NCBI GenBank assembly: GCA_035084275.1
Contig: JAYJKW010000046.1
Coordinates: 62,001 to 110,760 of the forward strand
Direction: 5' to 3'
Origin: Hydrolagus colliei
Lineage: Eukaryota
Length of the DNA stretch: 48,760 nt
Positions 22,674-35,421 of this stretch are shown here, piece after piece. The notes under the pieces are model-generated. The model was given only the letters and a program-made list of their open reading frames with translations. It made no database searches and had not been told where the DNA came from. Made by a program: the position numbers and the translations under genes. Positions within the stretch are counted from its first letter, which is position 1, and each line of letters begins with the position of its first letter.

Positions 22674-23168
22674 GTAGGGTTGGGATCTCCTGTATCTCAG
22701 TGGTACAGAGCACTCGCTCTCTCTCACACACACACACACTCACAATAACCCAGTCCCCACACACACTCACACTCACTCACACAAACTCACTCATGCACAC
22801 ACACACACACTCTCACACATGCACACACACACACAAACACACACTCTCACACATGCACACACGCACACACTCACAAACGCACACATGCACACTCACATAC
22901 ACACACTCACACACACACATGCACACTCACGTACACACACACCTACTCACAATAACCCAGTCCTACACACAAACGCACAACTAGAATCACCCAGCACCCC
23001 CCCCCACACACTCACACTAAGTGTGTTGTGTGTGCTACATGTGTGCTGCGTGTGTGTGCGTACGTGTGTGTGTGTGTTAGGGGGGAGAGTATGGAAACTT
23101 GCCCAGGGTCTCCCCCTGCCCTGCCCTGACCTTGACCCTGACCTGATCTGCCCGGATTCGAACCGCAG

Positions 23169-23480
23169 GACCTCCCGATTGTCCGCCTGCTGTGCTAGAA
23201 GTCGGCGTGTCTCTGCTGCCGCCCTCACCGAGGCAGCTGCTGACGCAGCCCACCGTCACCCTGACCTGCGTCGTGACCAACGCCCCCATCGGCGTCACGG
23301 TGAGTTGGACTCAAGGACAGACGGCCTTACAGTCGACGCACGAGAATCTCTCGGATCGGCGAGCGGTCAGCGAGTTGGTGATTCCCACCCAAGACTGGAC
23401 CAGTAGGAAGAGATACGCCTGCCAGGCCAGCCACCCAAGCATGGCCTCTCCCAAGCGCGCAGAGATATCCAAGAGCGAAG
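23169..23480 (+). CDS. IGHM: Cluster 2 Cmu3 exon
   Basis: ORF 23192 is identical to cluster 1; same splice sites. Confidence 0.88.
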
Positions 23481-23928
23481 GTGAGCAAAGGACGCCAGGG
23501 GTTTTCGGGACCAACGAATGGTTTCTTTGGCTTATTGGCAACTGGAACTCCTTATCCCAACCTGCTCTCGCTCCCTTCCTCCCTCCCACCCTCCCTCACT
23601 CCCTCGCTCCCTCCGTCCCTCCGTCCCTCCCTCCCTCCCTCCCCACATCCCACATTCCCTCCACCTCGCTCACTCGCCCCCTCCCTCCCTGGCGTCTCTT
23701 CGAGTCCCACCTCAAGACTCTCCTCTTCGATGCACCCATCGGCAACTCCTAATCTCCCCCCTCCCCCTCCCCCTCACGCCACCCCACCCCACCCCCCGTC
23801 TTACCCTCACACGGGTCTGACACAGTGACTGTCCCTCGCCGTGGGACGTCCTCCTGACGTGAAAGTGTCTCTGCGAGCGTCGTCCGTTTTGTCGCCGCCA
23901 TTGATTTGAGTGTCGACTCTCCCCACAG

Positions 23929-24314
23929 TCTCCCCAGAACAGCCATCAGTGTATCTCCTCCTCCCGTCGGCCGAGGAGCTCTCCTCTCACCAATCGGTCA
24001 CCCTCACGTGCCTGGTGAAGGACTTCGCTCCCGAGGAGATCCTGGTGGAGTGGACGGTCAACGGCCTGGCCATGAGCGAGGGCAACTACTCCAACACGGA
24101 GGTCATGGGAACCGAGGCCGGACTCAAACACTCCATGTACAGTCTGTTGTCCATCTCGAACTCCGAGTGGGAGCAGGGGAACACCTACTCCTGTGTGGTC
24201 AGACACGAATCCATGGACCAGAAAAAGACCAGATCAATCAACAAGTCCAGCGGTAAACCCAGTTTCGTAAACCTCTCTCTGGTCCTGATGGACAACGCCA
24301 ATGGCTGCCAATGA
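23929..24314 (+). CDS. IGHM: Cluster 2 Cmu4 plus secretory tailpiece
   Basis: ORF 23910-24314; internal donor after 24252; AATAAA at 24483. Confidence 0.96.
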
Positions 24315-26368
24315 CGTGTTTCCCATTGGCTTCACCCGTTGGCTGCTCCTTTTGTCGGCACCTCTCTCCCCCTACCCCTTACCCTCCCCCTACCCTCCTC
24401 TCCGCCCCTCCCCTCCCTCTCCTCCCACCTCCCCCCATCCCTAACCTTGACCAATTTGAAGTCATGGAAAGAAAGTAACTCCAATAAAAAATCTTTATTG
24501 TAAGTTATGAGTCAAGGTCCCAGAGGGGAAGGTTTCATTCAATTAGTAATAATTATAATAATAATAATAATCTCGGCGTTTGATATCGCGGCTTTTCACG
24601 TCTTCTAGACTGTGTCTCAAAGCGCTTCACAGGATATACCGTAAAGTGTAGTGACTGTACATATATTTGTGGGAGAGCGAAACAGCAGCATCCCCCCCCA
24701 AACACACCCCTCCCACCCACCACAGCTTTACACACATACTCAGCCACACTCGGACATAGCCAAATAAACACACCGATTCACACACAGACACACTCACACA
24801 GAGACACACTCGCACACACACAAACACGCGTTCACCCAAACACTCTCCGATCCATCCAGATTGACACACATTCACACACTACTGTTTCCGCATTCCCAGC
24901 TCGGGTCACACGCACACACACACACGCGCGCGTGCGCACACAATCACAGAGACTCACACTCATTCACACACTCACCCGTACTTTCACACACACTCTCAGC
25001 CACCCAGGCTCACACCCACAATACATTCACACCCAAAGGCTCACACACACTCACATACGTCTCAACTTACACACAGTCACACACACTGATGTGGACCCAT
25101 GACCAGCGAGGCTCACACACACACACATACACTCGCACAGACTCACACTCACTCACACACTCACCCATACGCTCACAATCAATCTCATCTACCAGGGCCA
25201 CATGCAATAATACACACAGGCCAATACACACATACTCTCTTGTCCATCCAGATTTACAAACATTCACACACACACCCAGCTAGGATCTCACACACACACA
25301 GACTCACGATTATGAAAGCTTACACACATCCACACACACTATCAACCATTTCACACTCACACACACTCACACCTACTCACAATAACCCAGTCCCCCATAC
25401 ANNNNNNNNNNNNNNNNNNNNNNNNNNNNNNNNNNNNNNNNNNNNNNNNNNNNNNNNNNNNNNNNNNNNNNNNNNNNNNNNNNNNNNNNNNNNNNNNNNN
25501 NNNNNNNNNNNNNNNNNNNNNNNNNNNNNNACTTCCCAAGCTCGCACATACACACGCACACATACATACAGTCACACCCACACACACAATCATAATCCCC
25601 CAGCCCACACAAACACACTCCTGCACTCACACACACACAGTCACTCACACACACACTAACACACACACACTCACACACAGACACACACGTCTCCCCCTTT
25701 CCCTCCATCGCTGTTACACACACAGAGTAAAGTCAGCGTTTTATTTGAAGTGAATCTGAAGTGATTTTCGACAATAAACTCCACGTCATTGTTCCCTAAG
25801 ATACGAAGCTTCACCCCGACTGTGAGGGACAGTGTCTGATCATCTCCCCCCCCCCCCCAACCCCCAAATCAGCCTCACACAACCCACAGGCAGCAAAGTC
25901 CTGTAGCTCAGTGGGTTAGAGGCACTCACTCACTCTTACAAGCGTGAGAGGGAGAGAGAGACCTGGGTTCGAATCCAGGCAGATCAGGTCAGGGGGAGAC
26001 CTTGGGACAAGTTTCCTTACTCCACACACGCACACGCACAGTCACCACACATACAGTCACCACACACAGACACACTCACACACACAGACACACACTCACA
26101 CCAAATAATAATCCCTTTTTCATAAAATACGGTCATTTTCAACCCACTGTTGGCTCTGTGTGTGTGTGTGTGTGGGGGGGGGGGGTGGCTGCCGTGCGCA
26201 ATCGGCTGCCGATCGCGTTTTGCTCTCCCCACAGATATACACACAGTCACTACACTAGACAGTCTATCCCGCGAAGCCGGTGAGACGCGAGAAGCGGCGA
26301 CATCAAACGCCAGGATTATTGTTATTAATATTAATATTATTATATATCTCCGGGTTGTATCCGCACAG

Positions 26369-26499
26369 ATTCCTCAGCCGAGATGACGCTGGAGGGTTTC
26401 TCATCAGATGAAAGTGGCAACCTCTGGCCTACAGCTTCCACCTTCATCATCCTCTTCTTCCTGAGTATGTTCTACAGCGCCACCGTCACTCTGATTAAG
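26369..26499 (+). CDS. IGHM: Cluster 2 TM1 exon
   Basis: [44 protein letters not shown]. Confidence 0.95.
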
Positions 26500-26978
26500 G
26501 TGAGGAGACGGCAACTCACGAACGAACGAACAAACGAACGAACGAATGAACGAACGAACGAGTGACCTCACTCACTCACTCACTCGTGAGTGAGTGAACT
26601 CATTCACAAGTGAACTTACCCAGGAGGGAACTCACTCACTCACGAGTGAACTCGCTCACTCGCTCGCCTTACAAGCGTGAGTGAGAGACCTGTGGTTCGA
26701 ACCCAGGCAGGTCAGGTCAGGGCGGAACCNNNNNNNNNNNNNNNNNNNNNNNNNNNNNNNNNNNNNNNNNNNNNNNNNNNNNNNNNNNNNNNNNNNNNNN
26801 NNNNNNNNNNNNNNNNNNNNNNNNNNNNNNNNNNNNNNNNNNNNNNNNNNNNNNNNNNNNNNNNNNNNNNNNNNNNNNNNNNNNNNNNNNNNNNNNNNNN
26901 NNNNNGGACACAGACACACACACACATGAACACACAGAGGCTGAAATTATTAATCATATCTTTCATTTTATTTTCCAG

Positions 26979-26987
26979 GTGAAATGA
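26979..26987 (+). CDS. IGHM: Cluster 2 TM2 exon (VK*)
   Basis: ttttccag|GTGAAATGA; AATAAA at 27264. Confidence 0.92.
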   Translation: MK

Positions 26988-28825
26988 ATCTCTTCACTTC
27001 AGCTTGTGTCTGTGTGTATATGTGTGTGTCTGTCTATATGTGTGTGTGTCTATGTAGATGTGTGTGTGTGTTGATTGACCGTGCCTCCTGCTGCCCTCCT
27101 ATCTCTCCACCCTTTCCTAGTCTCCCCCAGGGCCCTGCCCTGACTGTCCAGACCCTCGGGACGTCCCCCTGACGTGAGAGGCTCTATCTGTACCAGTGTG
27201 GTTGTGTTGCTGTTGTCGTTGTTGTCGCCACAGACACTGTCGGCTTGTCGGACTCGAACTCTCAATAAACGATAGAACTCAGTGAACTGTTGACTCCCTC
27301 TCTTTCCTGTTGCTCGAGCCTCGAGTTCTGTGGGTGTCTTGACGTCTGACTGGGAGCTCCCGCAGCTCAGTGGGTTAGAGCAACGCACTAGCTCGCCTTA
27401 CAAGCCGCGAGAGAGAGACCTGGGTTCGAATCCAGGCAGGTCAGGGAGAGACTTCGGGACNNNNNNNNNNNNNNNNNNNNNNNNNNNNNNNNNNNNNNNN
27501 NNNNNNNNNNNNNNNNNNNNNNNNNNNNNNNNNNNNNNNNNNNNNNNNNNNNNNNNNNNNNNNNNNNNNNNNNNNNNNNNNNNNNNNNNNNNNNNNNNNN
27601 NNNNNNNNNNNNNNNNNNNNNNNNNNNNNNNNNNNNNNNNNNNNNNNNNNNNNNNNNNNNNNNNNNNNNNNNNNNNNNNNNNNNNNNNNNNNNNNNNNNN
27701 NNNNNNNNNNNNNNNNNNNNNNNNNNNNNNNNNNNACACACATGCGGACACACACACAGACACACACACACAGACACACACACACACAGATACACACACA
27801 CATAGACACACAAGACACACACACATCAAATGCAAGGATTTAACTTGATTTAACTAATGTAATTTTAATTTTTCGCGAGTTTTAAACGGCAGAGACATAA
27901 TAATAATAAATAATAATAATCCTGGCGTTTGGATATCGCGGCTTCTCCCGTCTTATCGATCGTGTCTCGAAGCGCTTCACAGGATAGACCGTCGAGTGTA
28001 GTGACTGTGTGTATGTGGCTGGGGACCCAAATCTGATGATGTAAGAAGGGCTCAGTTCCTTATCCACAGGAAACACCTGCTCTCTCTGCCACTGAATTAG
28101 AGTCTCTGCCTCTTAATACTGAAATGACCTGAAAGCCGACCACTGGAGACTGGTTAACTCCAACAAACAGCTCAAGCTTTCAACAGACACCCACACTCAC
28201 ACACACACACATACACCACACACACACTCATACACATACTCACACACACACTCACACAGACACACACAAACACACTCGCACGCACTCACACTCGCTGACG
28301 CAGACACACACACTCACACACAAACTCCACACACACGCATTCACATTCACTCACACAGACACACACACACACACTGACTCGCACACACAACTACGCACAC
28401 ACATACCACACATACTCACACACACTCAACACACACACACACTCCACATACACACACACTCACACGCAAACTCCACACACACACACACACTCCACACACA
28501 CACAAATACGCACACACGTATTGGTGGCGGGGTGGGTGGGGTCAATCCCAGCTGTGTCCTGTGACAAGCCGTGGCCGCCGCTCGAACCCCCTGCTCCCCG
28601 CCAGCCACCCCCTGATGATCTCCCGTCCACTCGCGAGTCACTCGAATCGGTGACGAGGCCCAGAGAGAAACAATAATCCCCCGAATAATATAGAAATCTA
28701 ATAATCACATTAATGTTAATAATCACCGATCCCGGCATTGGATACGGCGGCGTTTTGTTTTCGCGTCTCGTCGACGGCGTCTCGAAGCGCTTCGCGGTAT
28801 AGACCGTCAAGTGTAGTGACTGTGT

Positions 28826-29285
28826 CCTCCATCCTCCAGAGGATCGAGTTCAAGATCCTCGTCCTCACCTACAAGGCCTTACACGGCCTTGCCCCACCCG
28901 ATTTAACCGATCTACTCTCCCCCTACACGCCCACCCGGGCCCTCCGTTCAACAGGACTTGTCCTGCTCCAAGCCCCCCGCCCGAACTGCCTCACCATCGG
29001 AGGCCGGGCCTTCAGTTTCTCCGCTCCCACCTTATGGAATGCCATCCCTCAATCCCTCCGTTTCGTCTCTTCCCTTTCCTCTTTCAAGGCCGGTTTGAAG
29101 ACTTTCCTCTTCGATCGTGCCTTTTGTTCCCCACCCCCCGAACTCTTTTACCCCCTCCCCTTCGTGTTTCACCCCTTCCCAAACACTCCCCTCTCAGCTC
29201 GGGTCACACGCCTCATGTGCAGCGCCTTGGGACGTCCTCCCGACGTGAAAGGCGCTCTATAAATGTAATTTGTTGTTGTTCTTGT
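28826..29285 (+). mobile_element. L2 LINE 3' fragment (ORF2 C-terminus and tail)
   Basis: RIEFKILVLTYKALHGLAP..LLSPYTPTRALRS..GGRAFS..APTLWN..FKAGLKTFLF, typical of the L2 ORF2 end; (TTG)n tail. Confidence 0.9.
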
Positions 29286-31133
29286 TGCGTGTACATGGAT
29301 ATATTTGTGGGAGAGAGAAACGCGGCAGCCGATTGCGCACGGCAGCGTCACCCCCCCCCCCCCCCCCCCCCCACACACACTCACACACTCACTCACTCAC
29401 TCATAGATTGAAATGACAGATTTTTTATTATTGGGGTATTTTTGGAGGGATTATTATTAGGCGTGTGTGTGTGTGAGTGAGTGTGTCTGTGTGTGTGTGG
29501 AGTGTGTGTGTGAGTATGTGCGTGTGTGTCTGTGTGAGTGACTGTAAGTGCGTGCGAGTGTGTGTGTCTGTATGAGTGTGAGTGTGAGTATGTGTATGAG
29601 TGTGTGTGTGTATGGAGTGTGTGTGTGCGTATTTGTGTGTGAGTGGGTGTGTGACTGGGTGCGTGTGTGTGTGAATGTGTGTGCGAGTGAGTGTGTGTGT
29701 GTGTGTGTCTGTGTGAGTGAATGTGAAAGCGTGTGAGTGAGTGTGTGTGTTGAAAGCTTGAGCTGTTTGTTGGAGTATTTTTAACCAGTCTCCAGTGGTC
29801 GGCTTTCAGGTCAGGTCAGTATTAAGAGGCAGAGACTCTAATTCAGTGGCAGAGAGAGCAGGTGTTTCCTGTGGATAAGGAACTGAGCCCTTCTCACATC
29901 ATCAGATTTGGGTCCCCAGACACATACACACAGTCACTACCCTCTGCGGTCTATCCTGTGAAGCGCTTCGAGACACGGTCGATAAGACGTGAGAAGCCGC
30001 GATATCCAAACGCCAGGATTATTATTATTTATTATTATTATGTCTCCACCGTTTAAAACTCGCGAAAAAATTAAGTTAAATTAGTTAAATCGAATTAAAT
30101 CCGCTTAATTTCGCTTCACGTTCCATCAAAGCCGGGGTAGTTTTGTGAGGCGGACACACGCGGCTGTGTGTGTGTGTGGACGTGTGTGTGTGAGTGTGTC
30201 TGTGTGTATGTGTTTATTTTTGTGTACAGTGTATGTATGTTTGAGTGTATGTTTGTAATAATAATCATAATAATAATCCTCGCGTTTGATATCGCGGCTC
30301 ACCACCTCTTATCCACGTCTCAAAGCGCTTCACAGAATAGACTGTCAAGTGTAGTAACTATATATGTTTTGTGGGGAGAGCGAAACGCGATCGGCAGCCG
30401 ATTGCACACAGCAGCGTCTCCCCCCCCACCCCCCCACACACACACACAGCCAACAGTGGGTTGAAAATGACTGATTTTGATTATTTTATTTTTATTATAG
30501 TGGGTTTGTTTTTGGAGGCATTATTATTAGGCGTGTGTGTGTCTGTGTGTGTGTGTCTCTCTTTGTGAGTGTGTGTATGCGTGGAGTAAGGAAACTTGCC
30601 CAAGCTTTTGCCCTGACCTGACATGATCTGCCTGGATTTGAAACACACAGATCTCTCATGCTTGCAAGGCATGCGAGCGAGCGAGAGAGAGAGAGAGCAA
30701 GAGAGAGAGAGAGAGAGAGCAAGAGAGAGAGAGACAGCAAGAGAGAGAGCGAGTGAGCGAGTGCTCTAACCACCGAGCCACAGAAAGCTCCCACTATTGA
30801 CACTCGTATTAATTAATATGAACTTTGCTGCCGTCCAGGCAGAAGGTAAATTAATGATCAGTGCGGGGGTCAGAGGGAATGTGAGGTGTGACCCTGCCCC
30901 CCCCGCACCTCCTTCACCCCCCTCCCCCTCCCTCCGCCCCCCCCTCCCTTGCTCCTCAATCAATCCGGATACCTCATTGGTCCGTTCCCCAGACACCTGG
31001 CCTCGTCCCCCCTCGTTAAATAGCAGCTCAGTGTGTAACAGACCCCATCTGTCCACCCGACAGCTGTCTGTCTCTCGGCTGTTGTGGCTCAAACAAACAG
31101 GGCGTCAAACTCTGATACTTTGTCTGGGAAGCC

Positions 31134-31179
31134 ATGAGGTCCCTGATATCTCTCAGCCTCTTGCTGGCTCTCTTCTCAT
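31134..31179 (+). CDS. IGHV: Cluster 3 VH leader exon
   Basis: MRSLISLSLLLALFS, donor gtgagt. Confidence 0.92.
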
Positions 31180-31359
31180 GTGAGTCGGAGTTCCTCCTAC
31201 CCTAGTCTCGCTTGCGTCTGTCCCTCTCTGTCTCTCTCTCTGTCTCTCTGTGTGACTCTCTCTCTGTCTCTTTCTCCGTCTCTCTCTCTGTCTCCGCGTC
31301 CACGGATCTCGGTTCTCGCCGTAATTAACCTCGGGTCCTATTTTTCTCGTTTCTCGCAG

Positions 31360-31665
31360 GCGTCCAGGGCGCTGTGGTGCTGACACAGCCGGCGACTCTG
31401 ACCGGGAAGCCTGGCACGGCCGTGAGACTCACCTGTAGAACCAGCGGGTTCACTCTCAGCAGCTACGGCATGCACTGGGTCAGGCAGGTTCCTGGGAAAG
31501 GCTTGGAATGGCTCCTGTATTATTACAGCTCAAGCAGCAATGCTTACGCGCCCGGCATTCAAAGCCGTGTCACTGTCATCAGAGAGAATTCCAACAACAT
31601 CTTCGATCTGATCATCAAAAGTCCGACAGTTCACGACACCGCCATATATTACTGTGCCAGAGACT
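31360..31665 (+). CDS. IGHV: Cluster 3 VH exon, unrearranged, open frame
   Basis: ORF 31374-31673; CACAGTG 31666, 23 nt, ACAAATACT 31696. Confidence 0.97.
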
Positions 31666-32332
31666 CACAGTGAGAGGAACCTGGGCTGGCCTCCTACAAA
31701 TACTCACACAAGCGAAGAGAGGTCCCACCCTCGACTGACTGACTGACTGACTGACTGGGAGGAAGTCAAGTCATGGTGTCAACACTGTGTCTGCAGCACA
31801 GAAAGGAAGGACGGGGGGGGAAACACGGGCTTCCAATTGGAATGGATTCCTCGTCTCATTCCCCAAACCGAGACAGTGACCGGCGGTTCGATGGAGGGGA
31901 GTGAGGAGGGGAGTGAGGAGGGGAGTGAGTGAACGAGCTGCCTGTCTGTGCTGCGATATCCCGCCATTTCAGCCGGTAAGTGACTCTGTGGTTCTTCAGG
32001 ACTGAGGTTGGATTGCGTTCCCCCCCCCCCCCGCCCCCCCACCCACACAGACATTTTCATCCCACAGTAGGCTGTGTGTGGGGGACGCTGCCGCGTTTCG
32101 CTCTCCCACAAACACACAGTTAATTCACTTTACAGTATTTCCTGTGAAACGCTTTGAGACACAGTCTCGAAGACGCAAGAAGTATCGATATCAAATAGAA
32201 GAATTATTATCATTATTATTATCATCTGAGACTCTGTCCGGCATTAAAATAGCCCATTTCAGTGACTTTTGGCAGCCAGTGTAGAGAGAGCAGAGACCGA
32301 GGCCAGTATTTGTATGGGACTGTATCACTGTG

Positions 32333-32344
32333 TATATACTGGGT
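32333..32344 (+). other. IGHD: Cluster 3 DH1 (TATATACTGGGT), 12/22 RSS, variant 3' heptamer CACGATG
   Basis: AGTATTTGT 32305, CACTGTG 32326; CACGATG 32345, 22 nt, ACAAAAACC 32374. Confidence 0.9.
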
Positions 32345-32647
32345 CACGATGCTACATACAGCCACTTCCTCATACAAAAACCTCAGCCACAGACTCCGCA
32401 AGCCACTGTCCTCACAGCTACAGTCACAGCGGCCGATGGCGCACGGCAGCGTCCCCCACACACAGCCAACATTGGGTTGAAAACGGCCCATTTTATTATT
32501 ATTGTGTGTGTTTTCTCGGAGGGATTGTTATCGGGCGCGTGTGTGTGTAGAGTCTGTGGGAGGGAGGGAGGGTTGTCGGAAACGCCAGGACAGTATTTGT
32601 GGGTTCAGCCTGAGCCTGAGGTTTGTGTCACAGTGTGTATCACTGTG

Positions 32648-32657
32648 TAACTACAGG
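32648..32657 (+). other. IGHD: Cluster 3 DH2 (TAACTACAGG), 12/12 RSS
   Basis: GGTTTGTGT 32620, CACTGTG 32641; CACAGCG 32658, 12 nt, ACAAAAACC 32677. Confidence 0.93.
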
Positions 32658-33094
32658 CACAGCGTTAACTGTCAATACAAAAACCCTCCAACAGCAAAAC
32701 CTTCTCAATCTCTCCCACCGCCGGCTTGTGAGGATCCCAATTAACGCTCGGAGAGTTGACGTGTGTATGAGGAGACCCACCACTGAGGAATTTTCAGCCG
32801 ATTTGACTTAAAAACACATGAAACGTCGTATTTTGAATCTCAAATCCGTAGGCGACAATCGCAATGGGGGCTGTTTTGTTGTCGGGAACACAGCAAGACA
32901 CAGGCGTTTAACAACAGGCGAACGCAGATTGTTCTCTTCGATTGTTGTTGTTGGTGTTGGGAACATGACAGAGAGAGACGGTTCCCTGCGTTTTGTTTTT
33001 GGGGAAATTTACCATTTGGAATAACAGATTGTTTGTGTGACCTGTCCTCACAGCAAGTTATTGTAGTGAGCAGACCACTGACTGAGGCACTGTG

Positions 33095-33142
33095 ACTATC
33101 TTGACTACTGGGGACAAGGGACCATGCTGACAGTGACTGACG
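33095..33142 (+). CDS. IGHJ: Cluster 3 JH (YLDYWGQGTMLTVTD)
   Basis: AGTTATTGT 33056, 23 nt, CACTGTG 33088; donor gtaagt. Confidence 0.96.
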
Positions 33143-33479
33143 GTAAGTAACAATTGCGAACGAGCGAAAGAAAGAACGCGCTCACTCACTCACTTAATAA
33201 TAATCCGTCCAAAATAAAAAATTCCCACTGAAATAAAATTGGTTATTTTCAATCCACGGCTATTTGTGGGGAAGCTGCTGTGCGCAATTGGCTGCCGCGT
33301 TCGGCTCTCCCACAAAATATATATTCTATTCGGTGTATTCTGTGCAGAGCTTTTGAGACGTTGATAAAATGTGAAAAGCGCGAAGTCAAATGCAATGATT
33401 ATTCAATGTTTGATATTTAATGTTTAATGTTTACTGTTTAGAGTTGAAATTTGAAAGTTTAGCATGTAGAAAGTAACAT

Positions 33480-33635
33480 TTAAAATTCTAAATTTAACTT
33501 TTAAAATTGAATTTTTTAAATTTTAAATTTTAAGTTTTAAGTTTTAAGTTTTAAGTTTTAAGTTTTAAGTTTTAAATTTTAAATTTTAAATTTTAAATTT
33601 TAAATTTTAAATTTTAAATTTTAAAATTGAAATTT
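33480..33635. repeat. AT-rich 7-bp-period array (TTTTAAG/TTTTAAA)n
   Basis: Direct inspection; same position as 19470-19770. Confidence 0.9.
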
Positions 33636-35421
33636 AATGTCACATGTTACATTTAAAATTTATATGAATTATTTCATTATAATTATATTATTAGTATTAT
33701 TGCTGGTATATTTTCGGTGGTTAGTGACTGCACAGCTGAAGTCACACTGACAGACCTCCTGCGATGTCTGATCGTGGTGATGCCGGCTGCTGATTGTGGG
33801 GGTACGATGGGGTCGGGAATTGTATAAATACGTTTGCAACTTTTGCCGCGTGTTGGGAATCAGGGGCTGAATGTTGTGGGATGAGCGAGTGGCAGCCTGT
33901 CGGATCGGTTCCAATCTGAATTTCAATCGGTTGTTTAATAGGAAGGAAAGAGGCTCGTCCGGGATAGAGGGGAGGAGACTGGGGTGGTGGGGGGGAGACT
34001 GAGAGTAAAGTGGGTTTACACTGCTGGGATGTCATTGAAAATACAGTCACTAAAACTGCTCGGATATTACAATAATATAATAATTTTCACATCTTATCGA
34101 CTGTGTCTGAAAGCGCTTCACAGAATAGACTGTCAAGTGTAGTGACTGTATATTTGTGGGGGAGCGAAACACGGCAGCCAATTGCGCACAGCAGCGTCCC
34201 CCACACACAGCCGTGGATTGAAAATCACAATTTTTATTATTGTGGTTTCTTTTGGAGGGATGAATATAGGTGTCTATGTGTGTGTCTGTCTGTGTGTGTG
34301 TCTGTGACTATCTGTATGTACGTGTGTCTGTGACTATGTGTGTATGGAACAAGCAAACTTGGCCCCAGGTCTCGCCCTGACCTGATCTGCCCGGATTCGA
34401 ACACAGGTCTCGCGCTTGCGAGGCGAGTGAGTGTCTCTAACCACTGAGCTTCAGGAGCGCAGAATTTCATTTCAATTTGATTTTCACGGCAATTGAGTGA
34501 GGCTTCCTCACAGCGCACAGTAGACACTAGAGGCCGTTGCTGCTCTACAATCATCTGGTTCCTGTTTCACACCAACTGATCGGCGGAGAAAACAAACACA
34601 GATCTGATTTCAATCGAACACACAGCGTAAACTCTGTATAAGAGATCCAGGTGTTCGTAATGAGAACAATCCTTGCATTAGACGTGACGGCTTTTCACAT
34701 CCGATCGACTGTGTCTCAAAGCGCTTCACAGAATAGACTGTCAATTGAAGTGACTGTACGTTTGTGGGCGAAACGCAGATTGAAGGCTCCATGTTGTGAC
34801 GTGGAAGGACAGAGTGTGAGCTGGCTGGCCAGTCATCGAGAGCGAGAGAAAGGGACATAGAGAGAGAGAGAGAGGGAGAGAGAGCGTCTGGCTGAGAGAA
34901 GGAGAGTGTTGAGTAACCTGTGGGTTATTGGACGGAAACAGTTTGCGTTTGAGATGTCAGGGTTCAGGCTGTGATTGAGTGTGAGACCTGATGAGAAGAA
35001 TCAGAGGTGATCTTATAGAAACCTATCAGATTATTAAGGGGCATTGACACAGTAGACAGTGGGAGACTGTCTCCCCTGGTTGGAGAAACCATAACTAGAG
35101 GATCACAGTCTGAAGATGAGGGGTCAGCCCTTTTCACACTGAGTTGAGGAAAAACATCTTCACTCAAGAGGCCAGTGAATGGATGGAATTCTCTACCCCA
35201 AAGGGCTGTAGATGCTCAGTCAGTCCCTGGACATATTTAAGACTGAGATTGATGAGATTTCTTGAATGGCGGGGCGGGCTCAAGGGGCTGAATGGCCTAC
35301 TCCTGTGTGTGTATTGACGCGTGTGGCAGGTCTAGTCCAGTGTATCTGTGGCGTCTGACCCAATTGGACAAGGGCGGAAACCTGGTGGGGAGGTCTAACT
35401 TTGCTCTCTTCGCGTTTCCAG

